Of a DNA stretch of 64,000 nucleotides, positions 1-8,586 are shown piece by piece. Position 1 is the stretch's first letter; every line of letters begins with the position of its first letter. The position numbers and the translations under genes were made by a program. The notes under the pieces are model-generated. The model was not told the origin of the DNA, made no database searches, and saw only the letters and a list, made by a program, of their open reading frames with translations. Source of the DNA: an uncultured virus (IMG/VR IMGVR_UViG_3300030419_004292) (Duplodnaviria; Heunggongvirae; Uroviricota; Caudoviricetes); IMG/VR virus record IMGVR_UViG_3300030419_004292. One strand, given 5' to 3'.

Positions 1-1542
1 ACTGGTCAGTCTATCGAGATTGTACCGGAAAGTTATTTTATCGAAGGTGATGGTTGGGCTGTTCGTAAAATCGACAGACACGCCGACTATTATGCCGTTG
101 CTGTTATGGGACAGGTCGCTTATCCTATTGATCGAGACAACTTTAACGACGAAGACGATGCTCGTCAAATCCTAAATACTAACATTACTATTCAGTTTGA
201 TATTGGTGAACTTAGCGTTACTCCGTCTCGTGAGTCTCTCAGCTACAATAAGCACACTAAGGAATCTATCGTTAGGAAGTGTGCTGAGATTAGAGAGAAA
301 GCCCAACGTGTAGCTGAAGAATCTATCTCACAGGCAAAGACCCTATGGGATGCTAGAGTTGCCCATGTTAACATTACCAGAAGTAGTGGTTTGCTTGGTG
401 GACTCTCTAAGACAATTGATGCCACTGGTATTAAGTGGAATAATGCTGACCTGTTTGATAATAACTTTGGTCAGATTTTCATTGGGGACATTGAAGGTCT
501 TATTGTTAAGGTTTACTACAGGGATGGCTGGAAGAAAGCAGTCCAAACAGACGATGTTAGTAAACTGCTGGTAGACCCTAACGCCGCCATCTTTGTTGAT
601 GACCTTAAGCGCGGTGGAATCAGTCGCATTAAGCATCATGTTAAGGAGAATACCTCCAGTGGTAGGTATGAACATGGTGATAGCAAGTTTAAGGTTTACA
701 GGGTAACTGGTACGGATGAGGCTATTGCTAAGTTCCGCGAACTGGTGGGGTGTGATGAAAGTCACATCAGTAAGACCTCTGACCTTGACAAGCCCGTTAG
801 CAACAGATATTACGATTCGTCAGAAAGACGTACCAGCGTTGCTAAGTGGAACGGTAGGACTTATAGTTGGAAGAAAGGTCAGAACTGGTCTGATGTTGAT
901 ATTGACCTTAATGATGGTGGTTATTTCGTAAGGATTGACCGCTATGAACTTACTCAAACGCATGGAATGTATCCTGACCTCGACACTCTTGGTCAAGTCG
1001 TAGACCATCTTATTGCTCTTGGTTACGACATTGATAAAGATAAGATTTATGGTATCAAGAATGTCGTCTGGAATAGAGCTAAGTTCCAGAAGTTGGTTCA
1101 CTCGGAAGGTAAATGGGTTGACATTACCCAGCTTGCCCAAAAGGTGGCTAAAAATATTAGTGAAGAAGATAAGCAACTTATCGAAGACAGAATGTCTGTC
1201 AGGGATATGTTTGGTAATCTTGGGATAGACGTTAAAGAGATTAAGAAAGTTGCTCGTAAGACCGCTACTGAAAACAATGGTCTTAGACAGATTGTTGCTC
1301 TCAAAGAATACTATGATAAGCAACAGGAAGAGAAGAAGGCAGAAGATATTTATCATCTGTGTAGGATTTATAGAACCCTGCCTGAACAAGTTGATAGCAA
1401 GCACAAGCCTCACATTGAAGCGTGCATTGATAAGTATCCTCTGATTAAAGTTGTGTCCAAAAGATATTACGGAATTGAAGAGGAGATGGTTGAAGAACTG
1501 GCTCGTTATGTTGACCTTATTGAAAGGGAGAGTAATGCCTAA
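1..1542 (+). CDS. rIIA: rIIA-like protein (5' truncated by window edge)
   Basis: Frame is open from base 1. The motif AVAVMGQVAYPI...FDIGELSVTPSRESLSY is typical of rIIA, and an rIIB homolog lies downstream. Confidence 0.8.
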   Translation, partial: TGQSIEIVPESYFIEGDGWAVRKIDRHADYYAVAVMGQVAYPIDRDNFNDEDDARQILNTNITIQFDIGELSVTPSRESLSYNKHTKESIVRKCAEIREKAQRVAEESISQAKTLWDARVAHVNITRSSGLLGGLSKTIDATGIKWNNADLFDNNFGQIFIGDIEGLIVKVYYRDGWKKAVQTDDVSKLLVDPNAAIFVDDLKRGGISRIKHHVKENTSSGRYEHGDSKFKVYRVTGTDEAIAKFRELVGCDESHISKTSDLDKPVSNRYYDSSERRTSVAKWNGRTYSWKKGQNWSDVDIDLNDGGYFVRIDRYELTQTHGMYPDLDTLGQVVDHLIALGYDIDKDKIYGIKNVVWNRAKFQKLVHSEGKWVDITQLAQKVAKNISEEDKQLIEDRMSVRDMFGNLGIDVKEIKKVARKTATENNGLRQIVALKEYYDKQQEEKKAEDIYHLCRIYRTLPEQVDSKHKPHIEACIDKYPLIKVVSKRYYGIEEEMVEELARYVDLIERESNA

Positions 1543-1810
1543 GTATGTTGCGGGAAAAGATTATCAACACTTCAAAAACTTCAAGCAAAAACCTCGTTTA
1601 CTGACCAGAGACGCATCTTGGTATGACAAGAAGCAACTAATTAAAACAGTTATTAAAATAATCCATGGAGAAAGAAGGAGAAGACAATTAACAAAAATAT
1701 TTAGCAAACTTACCAAGGATGAAATTATTGTATTGGAAGGTGTGTTTAGAATTGGCGCACAAAAAGAAGCTGAATCGAACATCAAAAATGTCAAGGAAAC
1801 TACGCGATGA
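1535..1810 (+). CDS. hypothetical basic protein
   Basis: ATG at 1535 overlaps the end of rIIA and follows GGGAG; ends in an ATGA overlap with the next gene. Confidence 0.6.
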   Translation: MPKYVAGKDYQHFKNFKQKPRLLTRDASWYDKKQLIKTVIKIIHGERRRRQLTKIFSKLTKDEIIVLEGVFRIGAQKEAESNIKNVKETTR

Positions 1811-2247
1811 ATAAGCTCAACAAAGTCAACGTCGTTCTGGGAATCGCTGTTGCAACCCTTATCAATTACACCATCTATGTGGAGTCGAATAATTCTCGTC
1901 TCCGTCATTTGGTGGAATTGTCAGATGCCAGAAGCGGCATCAATCAGGAATGGGCTGATGAGATCACTCACATTATGCTTAATAAGCTGAGTGAAGAAAA
2001 CGAAGATGGTCTTCGTAGTCAGGGTCGCATGGAAGGTATTGTTGAATATCTTACCAACCCAAAAGACTATCAGTCTGTTTGGCATGAGGGCTACCAGAGA
2101 GGTCTTAACCAAACCGAGGAAATGGCTAAGATGGAAAAGGGAGAGTTGTTCCCTACCGATAAGCCTATGCCGGTTAAGCCCGATGTTATCAAAAAGCCTG
2201 ACTTCGATAAGAAAATCGAGAAGGTTCAAGATACTGGTGGAGAGTAG
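1807..2247 (+). CDS. hypothetical protein with N-terminal membrane anchor
   Basis: Hydrophobic VNVVLGIAVATLINYTIYV followed by a soluble domain. Confidence 0.65.
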   Translation: MNKLNKVNVVLGIAVATLINYTIYVESNNSRLRHLVELSDARSGINQEWADEITHIMLNKLSEENEDGLRSQGRMEGIVEYLTNPKDYQSVWHEGYQRGLNQTEEMAKMEKGELFPTDKPMPVKPDVIKKPDFDKKIEKVQDTGGE

Positions 2248-2266
2248 AGTAGATATTTAGGGTTTT

Positions 2267-2306
2267 GGGAACCCCATTGGGGTCATCCTAGTGGGGTTCC
2301 CTTTTT
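2267..2306 (+). terminator. Rho-independent terminator
   Basis: GGGAACCCCATTGGG / CCTAGTGGGGTTCCC stem followed by TTTTT. Confidence 0.75.
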
Positions 2307-2327
2307 CACACTAAGAAAGGTTTTGAG

Positions 2328-3194
2328 ATGAATTATATTGTCAGCGGAAACGGAACGATCACGATTGTTATTGATAACCAAAGTTTCACGGTTGGCTATG
2401 ACCATCCGAACTATATGGGTATCAAGGAATGTATTGTTAATAACGATACAGAAAACATTGTTGAATTGATCGACATTCCCTCTGCAATTGAAGATTATGC
2501 AGAAGGCAAGGTTACTGTTACTGATGGTGTTCTTCGTTATGACGGAGAGGAAATCCACAACAGTCTCACCGAGCGCATTATGGGAATGATGCGTAATGGT
2601 TTTCCCTTTGAGCCTATGATTAGGTTCTTGGCTAACGTCTTGGAGAACCACAGTAATCGCGCCGTTCAAGAACTGTATACGTTCCTTGAGCATAAGAATC
2701 TTCCTATCACAGAAGATGGTTGCTTCCTTGCTTACAAGGCTGTGACTAGTGACTATAAGGATAAGTGGTCTCAACAGATTGACAATAGTGTTGGTCAAAC
2801 TGTCAGCATGCAGCGTCGTAAGGTTAATGATGACTGTAGCGTTGGCTGTTCTGATGGTCTTCACTGTGGAGCATTGGAATATGTCGAAAGTTATCGGGCT
2901 GAACATGCTGGTGACCGTGTAGTCATTGTTAAGGTCAACCCCAAGGACGTTGTGTCGGTTCCAACTGATTGCGAATGTCAGAAGGTCCGAACCTGCGAGT
3001 ATCAGGTTGTTGCTGATTATGAAGGTCCGCTTAAGAGTCTTCTTCATAAGTCAGAAGATGGGCAAGCGTGGACAGAAGATGAGTTCCGAGAGTTTATGAG
3101 CAACCTTATGGGTGTTAATGTAGAAGAAAACGATGACACCTATGGTGGAGAAGCAGAAGATTATTACGACGGTTATGACCCGAGTAATAATTAA
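2328..3194 (+). CDS. rIIB: rIIB-like protein
   Basis: ELYTFLEHKNLPITEDGCFLAYKAV, CSDGLHCG and VKVNPKDVVSVP..KVRTCEY motifs. Confidence 0.85.
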   Translation: MNYIVSGNGTITIVIDNQSFTVGYDHPNYMGIKECIVNNDTENIVELIDIPSAIEDYAEGKVTVTDGVLRYDGEEIHNSLTERIMGMMRNGFPFEPMIRFLANVLENHSNRAVQELYTFLEHKNLPITEDGCFLAYKAVTSDYKDKWSQQIDNSVGQTVSMQRRKVNDDCSVGCSDGLHCGALEYVESYRAEHAGDRVVIVKVNPKDVVSVPTDCECQKVRTCEYQVVADYEGPLKSLLHKSEDGQAWTEDEFREFMSNLMGVNVEENDDTYGGEAEDYYDGYDPSNN

Positions 3195-3586
3195 TGGATA
3201 ATGTAGGGTATGATGCAACTCCGTTTAGTTTATTCTTGATCTGCGTTTTCCTTTTTGGAATGTTTCTCCGAGCATTTTTGGAGAGCGGATGCTTACAAGA
3301 AAAACCAACAGTCAGGAAAAAACCAAGGGCAAAACCTAAACCTAAACCAAGGCCCAAACCTAAGCCTAGACCGAAGCCTAAACCTAAATCTAAGCCCGAA
3401 CCTAAACCTAAACCTAAACCCGAACCTACCACTGATCCATTAGTAAAGGAAGATGTCATTCAAGCCTTAGTTGGCCTTGGATATAAAAAAAGACAGTCTT
3501 CTAAAATTGTTAATGATCTTGCCGACAAGGAAGAATATACCGATGCAGAAACTCTGTTACGAGATATTCTTTCTGGCAAAAGGTAG
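3194..3586 (+). CDS. membrane-anchored protein with Pro-Lys linker and RuvA C-terminal (domain III)-like domain
   Basis: N-terminal TM helix, a (KP)n tract, then EDVIQALVGLGYKKRQSSKIV...ETLLRDIL, which resembles RuvA domain III. Confidence 0.7.
   Translation: MDNVGYDATPFSLFLICVFLFGMFLRAFLESGCLQEKPTVRKKPRAKPKPKPRPKPKPRPKPKPKSKPEPKPKPKPEPTTDPLVKEDVIQALVGLGYKKRQSSKIVNDLADKEEYTDAETLLRDILSGKR
3331..3427 (+). repeat. degenerate hexamer tandem repeat (AAACCT) encoding a Lys-Pro tract
   Basis: aaaacctaaacctaaaccaaggcccaaacctaagcct... seen directly. Confidence 0.85.
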
Positions 3587-3591
3587 GGGTT

Positions 3592-3664
3592 GGCCCCATC
3601 GTCTAGTGGCTCAGGACTCTGGACTTTCGCTCCAGCAACACGGGTTCAAATCCCGTTGGGGTCA
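3592..3664 (+). tRNA. tRNA-Glu (UUC), CCA not encoded
   Basis: Acceptor GGCCCCA/TGGGGTC, D-arm GTC/GAC, anticodon stem CTGGA/TCCAG with loop CT-TTC-GC, T-arm ACGGG-TTCAAAT-CCCGT. Confidence 0.93.
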
Positions 3665-3670
3665 TTAATT

Positions 3671-4219
3671 ATGAACAGACTTAAAGATACTACTTGTTAC
3701 CTGTGCGGCCCAATGGACAGGGTTCCTGATGGCGGCGCAGAGTGGCGAGAAAACATATCCAAAGAACTTAAGAAGATGGGTATAGGAGTTTTCAATCCAT
3801 GTGACAAGCCTAGCGATTTTGCTCCAGAAAATCAGGACACTAGAAACGAGATTGAAAATGCCAAGCAGATATACGACTACGATAAAGTCACCGAGATCAT
3901 GAAACCCATTTGCTCCGTCGACTTACGCATGGTTGACGTAGCCCACTTCTTAATTATGAACTTAGACCTTGACATTCATCTGTGTGGATCGTATCATGAA
4001 GCGTTCGTTGCCATAGCTCAAAAGAAGCCCTTATTGATAAGATGTAAGCAGGGAAAACATCATGCCCCAAACTGGATGTTCGGAGTAGTCCCCCACGATC
4101 TTATTTTCTCTAATTGGTTTCAAGTTCTAGATTACCTTCACGATGTAAACTCATCGGAAAATGTAGATCACCTTGATAGGTGGAGATTTTTCGATTTCGA
4201 GAAAGTGTTTAGTGAATGA
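3671..4219 (+). CDS. nucleoside 2-deoxyribosyltransferase-like / nucleotide N-hydrolase family protein
   Basis: YLCGPM..W R, VFNP, DLRMVD and GSYHEA motifs. The start is placed at ATG 3671 because the longer ORF runs through the tRNA. Confidence 0.7.
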   Translation: MNRLKDTTCYLCGPMDRVPDGGAEWRENISKELKKMGIGVFNPCDKPSDFAPENQDTRNEIENAKQIYDYDKVTEIMKPICSVDLRMVDVAHFLIMNLDLDIHLCGSYHEAFVAIAQKKPLLIRCKQGKHHAPNWMFGVVPHDLIFSNWFQVLDYLHDVNSSENVDHLDRWRFFDFEKVFSE

Positions 4220-4839
4220 CAAATATCAAGCTAATTTCTGTAACCCCAAATGCAGAAGAAACTGTAGGTTACTGTGCAAGAGTAAGCAACCCAGCAAATC
4301 AAAGCAATCCAGATGTTTCTGGGTTGCTTTCTTTTTGTATTAGGCATGGGCATTGGTCTATTTTCGAGATGGCTAATATGGTGGTGGAAATTGAAACCAC
4401 CAGAGGTATAGCCGCACAGATACTTAGACATCGTAGCTTTTCCTTTCAAGAATTTAGTCAGCGATATGCTGAAGCCGAAGGATTCAAAGAAATAGAACCT
4501 CGGAGACAGGATAAAAAGAATAGACAAAATTCCTTAGATGATTTAGATAAACATGATAGGGAATGGTTTAAAAATAGTCTTGTTGAACAAAATAGGAGAA
4601 GCCTTTCCCAGTACAAGGAAGCTCTTAAGAGGGGCGTAGCCAAAGAGAGCGCGCGGTTTTTCTTACCCCTTAACACTACGACTCGAATGTATATGAACGG
4701 AACGATTAGAAGCTGGATTCACTACATTCAGTTGCGAACAGACCCATCAACACAGAAGGAACATCGTGATATTGCCAACGATATCAAAGAATTGTTTGCT
4801 GATCAGTTTCCTATTACTGCTACGGCTTTAGGATGGTAG
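4216..4839 (+). CDS. thyX: FAD-dependent thymidylate synthase
   Basis: GHWSIFE and QILRHRSFSFQEFSQRY (RHRx7SxR signature). Confidence 0.95.
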   Translation: MTNIKLISVTPNAEETVGYCARVSNPANQSNPDVSGLLSFCIRHGHWSIFEMANMVVEIETTRGIAAQILRHRSFSFQEFSQRYAEAEGFKEIEPRRQDKKNRQNSLDDLDKHDREWFKNSLVEQNRRSLSQYKEALKRGVAKESARFFLPLNTTTRMYMNGTIRSWIHYIQLRTDPSTQKEHRDIANDIKELFADQFPITATALGW

Positions 4840-4928
4840 TCGGTTGTATCTTCTAAACCGACCAGATTTATTTCACAGACGGTCAAAAAAATTTTTCCAA
4901 CTTTTAGGTTTTTTAGGTAGGATTTTTT

Positions 4929-5168
4929 GTGGCAAGATCAAAAAGACAAAATAGAATCCCAACGAAACAAGAACCGTATAAGTATAAGACTAGATACGGT
5001 AGTCATTCTGACATGATCGACGAAGATAAAACTTCTGAATTAAATGATGAGAATAAGGTTGTTTTACTCGACGAACACGGTTATTATATAACTAGCAGGG
5101 ATAGGATAGACAACGGACTCGCTGATCCAAAGAGGTTTGATGGCCGAAGGCTTAAATTTTATAGATAG
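4929..5168 (+). CDS. hypothetical protein
   Basis: 79-aa ORF with a GTG start that fills the gap. Confidence 0.55.
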   Translation: MARSKRQNRIPTKQEPYKYKTRYGSHSDMIDEDKTSELNDENKVVLLDEHGYYITSRDRIDNGLADPKRFDGRRLKFYR

Positions 5169-5170
5169 AG

Positions 5171-5503
5171 ATGACTATGATAACTTTTACGAATGAGGCG
5201 GCAGAAAAGATTTCTGAATTTGCAAAAGACCATCCACAGACCTTTCTTCGGGTCGGAGTTAAAGGTGGTGGATGCTCTGGATTTGAATATAAGATGGGTT
5301 TCATTAAAGAAGATGAATATATTGAAGAGACGATGCATAAATATGAAGAGAACGGCATTACTTTTGTTGTAGAGAAGTCAAGCGTACCCTTCATAGCTGG
5401 ATCTACAGTAAAATGGGAAGAAAATATTATGCAGAGGGGTTTCGTATTTGATAATCCAAACGCAACCGGAAGTTGCGGATGCAAAAAGAGTTTTAGCGTA
5501 TAG
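5171..5503 (+). CDS. iscA: A-type Fe-S cluster carrier (IscA/HesB family)
   Basis: LRVGVKGGGCSGFEY and NPNATGSCGCKKSF signatures. Confidence 0.92.
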   Translation: MTMITFTNEAAEKISEFAKDHPQTFLRVGVKGGGCSGFEYKMGFIKEDEYIEETMHKYEENGITFVVEKSSVPFIAGSTVKWEENIMQRGFVFDNPNATGSCGCKKSFSV

Positions 5504-5530
5504 ATTAATTTAATTTCTGACATAATTCCC

Positions 5531-5570
5531 GGCCCGAAGTCATTAGTTTGGCTTCGGGTTATTTTTTTTT
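5531..5570 (+). terminator. Rho-independent terminator
   Basis: GGCCCGAAGTCA / TGGCTTCGGGTT stem followed by a T9 run. Confidence 0.85.
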
Positions 5571-5587
5571 AAAATGGTGGACATATC

Positions 5588-6664
5588 ATGAATATAAATC
5601 TAATATCACCATTGAATCAATTAGGATACGGAGTTGTTGGACTTAACATAGTCAGACAACTCTCCGAGTCAGCCAATTTATCATTCTGGCCGATAGGACA
5701 AGCCTCGTGCCCTAGCGAATATGAAAATCAAGTGAAATTATCTATTGAAAATTCTAAAATGCCTGATTTTGATGCTCCATGTATCAGAATTTGGCACCAA
5801 TTTGATATGAGTCAATTTGTAGGCAGAGGAAAACGCATCGGCTTTCCTATTTTTGAACTTGACACGTTTAACGATTTAGAAAAACATCATCTTAGCAACT
5901 TGGACCACCTTTTTGTCTGTTCTGAGTGGGCGAAGCAGGTTGTCGAACAAAATATTCCATCTCTAACAGGAGATATTAGCGTAATACCTCTTGGGGTGGA
6001 TCAATCAATCTTTAAACCAGATATTTCCCGAAGAAAAGAGACTATATTCTTTAACTGTGGAAAATGGGAGGTCAGAAAGGGTCATGATGTTCTTGTAAAG
6101 GTGTTTAATGAGGCTTTTTCCGAAGATGATGACGTTGAACTTTGGATGATGTGCGAAAACCCATTTTACTCACCAGAAGAAAATGCATACTGGGAAAGTT
6201 TGTACAAGCAATCCAAATTAGGGAGAAAGATCAGGATAATTCCTCGGCAAGAAACACAAAAAGAGGTGTATAATATAATGCGCCAAGTTGACTGCGGAGT
6301 TTTTCTTAGCAGGGCGGAAGGATGGAACCTTGAGCTTCTTGAATTGATGGCGTGCGGTAAAAACGTAATTGCCACCGATTACTCCGGTCACACCCAATTT
6401 TGCAATGTCAATAACAGTCTTCTTGTAGACATTAACGAGAAAGAGAAGGCTGTGGATAATAAATGGTTTTTTGGGGAAGGCGAGTGGGCAAAAATAGGAA
6501 AAAAACAGATACAACAGGCTTCCTATTACATGTCTGCTATACATAGAGCTAAAACACAAGATCGCTTACTTCAAAACGAGATTACACAGTCTGTCATAGA
6601 AACTGCAAATAAATTTTCGTGGGAAAACACCGCGAAGGAGATCATAGATGCCCTCTCCGAATAA
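5588..6664 (+). CDS. GT-B (GT4-like) glycosyltransferase
   Basis: GKWEVRKGHD and SRAEGWNLELLELMACG (Ex7E) motifs. Confidence 0.85.
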   Translation: MNINLISPLNQLGYGVVGLNIVRQLSESANLSFWPIGQASCPSEYENQVKLSIENSKMPDFDAPCIRIWHQFDMSQFVGRGKRIGFPIFELDTFNDLEKHHLSNLDHLFVCSEWAKQVVEQNIPSLTGDISVIPLGVDQSIFKPDISRRKETIFFNCGKWEVRKGHDVLVKVFNEAFSEDDDVELWMMCENPFYSPEENAYWESLYKQSKLGRKIRIIPRQETQKEVYNIMRQVDCGVFLSRAEGWNLELLELMACGKNVIATDYSGHTQFCNVNNSLLVDINEKEKAVDNKWFFGEGEWAKIGKKQIQQASYYMSAIHRAKTQDRLLQNEITQSVIETANKFSWENTAKEIIDALSE

Positions 6665-6941
6665 AGACGAAAGTAAAAAAGGCAAGGGGTCAGTTTTTGT
6701 CTATCGAGATACTAAAACTGGCGAACTTTATTATTTTTCAAGAAGGGGTTCTCATAGAAAAGATGGTAGAACCTTAGTTTTTGTTAGAGAATCAAAAGGT
6801 GAAAAAATGTCAATGGATCACATCTTAAATAGAGTTTCAAAAACTTTAGCGGATGAAAAAGCTGGATATCCACCAAATTGTAATGATGGATATGTGGAAA
6901 AAGATGGGGATTGTGTCCCCAAAGAAAATAACGAAGAGTAA
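6648..6941 (+). CDS. hypothetical protein
   Basis: 97-aa ORF with a C-terminal GYPPNCNDGY..C motif. Confidence 0.55.
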   Translation: MPSPNKDESKKGKGSVFVYRDTKTGELYYFSRRGSHRKDGRTLVFVRESKGEKMSMDHILNRVSKTLADEKAGYPPNCNDGYVEKDGDCVPKENNEE

Positions 6942-6973
6942 CTAGAGAATTTACTTCTTAAAGGAGAAATGAA

Positions 6974-7183
6974 ATGCTAAATCTAATTAAAGATCACTGG
7001 CTCTGCTTTCTTATTGGTGGGGTAGTCGGATGGTCTTTGCACCTCTGCCCCCTGTTCTGCGTTTGTGCGGGAAAATGTCCCGTGGCTGGCGAACACGCCG
7101 CAGCGTGCGCCTGTGACGCTTGTGTGTGCGATGTGTGCGATTGTGACGACACTGGATGCAACTGTCCAAACTGTGTGAAGTAA
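6974..7183 (+). CDS. small Cys-rich metallothionein-like protein with hydrophobic N-terminus
   Basis: Strong RBS (AAGGAG); C-terminal CACDACVCDVCDCDDTGCNCPNC. Confidence 0.65.
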   Translation: MLNLIKDHWLCFLIGGVVGWSLHLCPLFCVCAGKCPVAGEHAAACACDACVCDVCDCDDTGCNCPNCVK

Positions 7184-7237
7184 TGTTGTTGCAATGCGCA
7201 ACATTTTATGATAGTTTTACAACAACTGGAGATAGAC

Positions 7238-7414
7238 ATGGTAGACAAGATTAAGAACTTAATGGTTTCTAGAAGATTTTGGGTTGCTATTGGCGGCGTT
7301 GTCCTTTGTGTTTTTAATGACGGACTTGGCCTTAACCTAGCAGCCGATCAGGTTAATCATATCGTACTTCTCGGTGGAGCTTGGATTGTGGGCGACAGCC
7401 TCAGACAATCCTAA
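7238..7414 (+). CDS. holin-like small membrane protein
   Basis: RBS GGAG; two TM segments; SRRFWVAIGG motif of small phage holins. Confidence 0.55.
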   Translation: MVDKIKNLMVSRRFWVAIGGVVLCVFNDGLGLNLAADQVNHIVLLGGAWIVGDSLRQS

Positions 7415-7442
7415 CGCAAAGCCTGTGATTTTAATGGGAAAC

Positions 7443-7468
7443 GGGGAAGCAACCCTTCCCCTTTCTTT
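7443..7468 (+). terminator. Rho-independent terminator
   Basis: GGGGAAG-CAACC-CTTCCCC followed by TTTCTTT. Confidence 0.7.
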
Positions 7469-7495
7469 AAACTACTCTAAGGAAGGAAATTAGAA

Positions 7496-7765
7496 ATGCC
7501 GGAAGAAAAAGCCGTTACAGATTTAGTAATTGGTGCTGTTGAGAGACACTATCAGGCCCAATTAGAAGAAGCTATTGTAAGAATCAAGATGTATACTGAA
7601 TTCCCTGTTGGCGTTGGGGAACACTCTTCAATTGTAGAAGAAGTTATTAATGCAGTTGATGATTATCAAAAAGCCTTGAATGGGATGGGTGTAATTTCAA
7701 GAATCAAATCTAGCATGGAGCCAGAAGGATTGACAAATGAGCCTGAAGCACAAGGTGAGGATTAA
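7496..7765 (+). CDS. conserved phage hypothetical protein
   Basis: RBS AAGGAAGG; PVGVGEH motif reminiscent of small marine myovirus proteins. Confidence 0.6.
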   Translation: MPEEKAVTDLVIGAVERHYQAQLEEAIVRIKMYTEFPVGVGEHSSIVEEVINAVDDYQKALNGMGVISRIKSSMEPEGLTNEPEAQGED

Positions 7766-8138
7766 CTTGGCGTGTGTCGCTCTTAACCAAAAAAACAGTA
7801 CTGGACTTTACAAGATTCTTATAACCAATAAGAATAGTGACATGCCAAGCTCTCTTATTTATGGAGACAAGGAAATAGAAGATGTGATTGACTCGATTGT
7901 TTCTAAGCATATCAAAGTCAATTCCGATTGGGTAAACTATAGACTTGTAAACATTGACCGTAAAAAAACTTTAGATTATCAGTACGAAATAAATTTAAAT
8001 TATCTAGGAGTTCTTCCCTATCCAATGGAAACAATAAAGGGCAGATGGATAGATTTAAAGGATGTGATTCATGGAGAAGAAAGAATCAATGAATCCTATA
8101 AAAAAACTTTATCAGAAGCTGCTGGGTTCATCGGATGA
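7755..8138 (+). CDS. hypothetical protein (possibly degenerate Nudix fold)
   Basis: ORF with a probable GTG start; no intact Nudix box. Confidence 0.45.
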   Translation: MRINLACVALNQKNSTGLYKILITNKNSDMPSSLIYGDKEIEDVIDSIVSKHIKVNSDWVNYRLVNIDRKKTLDYQYEINLNYLGVLPYPMETIKGRWIDLKDVIHGEERINESYKKTLSEAAGFIG

Positions 8139-8544
8139 CGAAGCAGAGACTGAAGATGAAGAGGTAGAAACCGAAGAAACACAAGAGAAAGAAGACGAAT
8201 TATCAGACGGAGAGTCTCCATGTTATCTTTTCTTTGAGGTCGATGATGATGGCGTAGTGAAAATGTCTTGCTATTGGGATGGAAGTGAATTTTCTCTCGC
8301 CGCATTCACCGAACTTCTATATAATTTATGCACTGGGGAAATGACGGGCAACATTTTTCAATTTTTAGAGAATGAATGTAGCGAAGAAAATTATGAAACA
8401 TTTCTAGCTATAGTTTCCGAGTACAGCAGACTGCTGGAAGCTGGCATGAAGGATATAAAAAACAAACACCAGCATATGGACGACCCAATTGTTAGACCGT
8501 CAGATCTTTCTAAGAAGAATACAAATCCATTTGAAATATCTTAA
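8089..8544 (+). CDS. acidic hypothetical protein
   Basis: ORF with a Glu/Asp-rich N-terminal region. Confidence 0.55.
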   Translation: MNPIKKLYQKLLGSSDDEAETEDEEVETEETQEKEDELSDGESPCYLFFEVDDDGVVKMSCYWDGSEFSLAAFTELLYNLCTGEMTGNIFQFLENECSEENYETFLAIVSEYSRLLEAGMKDIKNKHQHMDDPIVRPSDLSKKNTNPFEIS

Positions 8545-8586
8545 TTGAGTCTGAGCTATTTACAAAAACATGCAAAGGGGTGAAGA

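Noticed and set aside
3115..3459. Minus-strand (GL)n ORF and alternate-frame (NL)n ORF
   Set aside because: These are shadows of the AAACCT repeat; the Lys-Pro frame has a coherent TM and domain structure.
3590..3670. N-terminal extension of the 209-aa ORF
   Set aside because: It is the tRNA-Glu sequence read in frame.
4839..4928. Hairpin GTCGGTT/AACCGAC and TTTTAGGT repeats as a replication origin
   Set aside because: The repeats are too short and too few to support an origin call.
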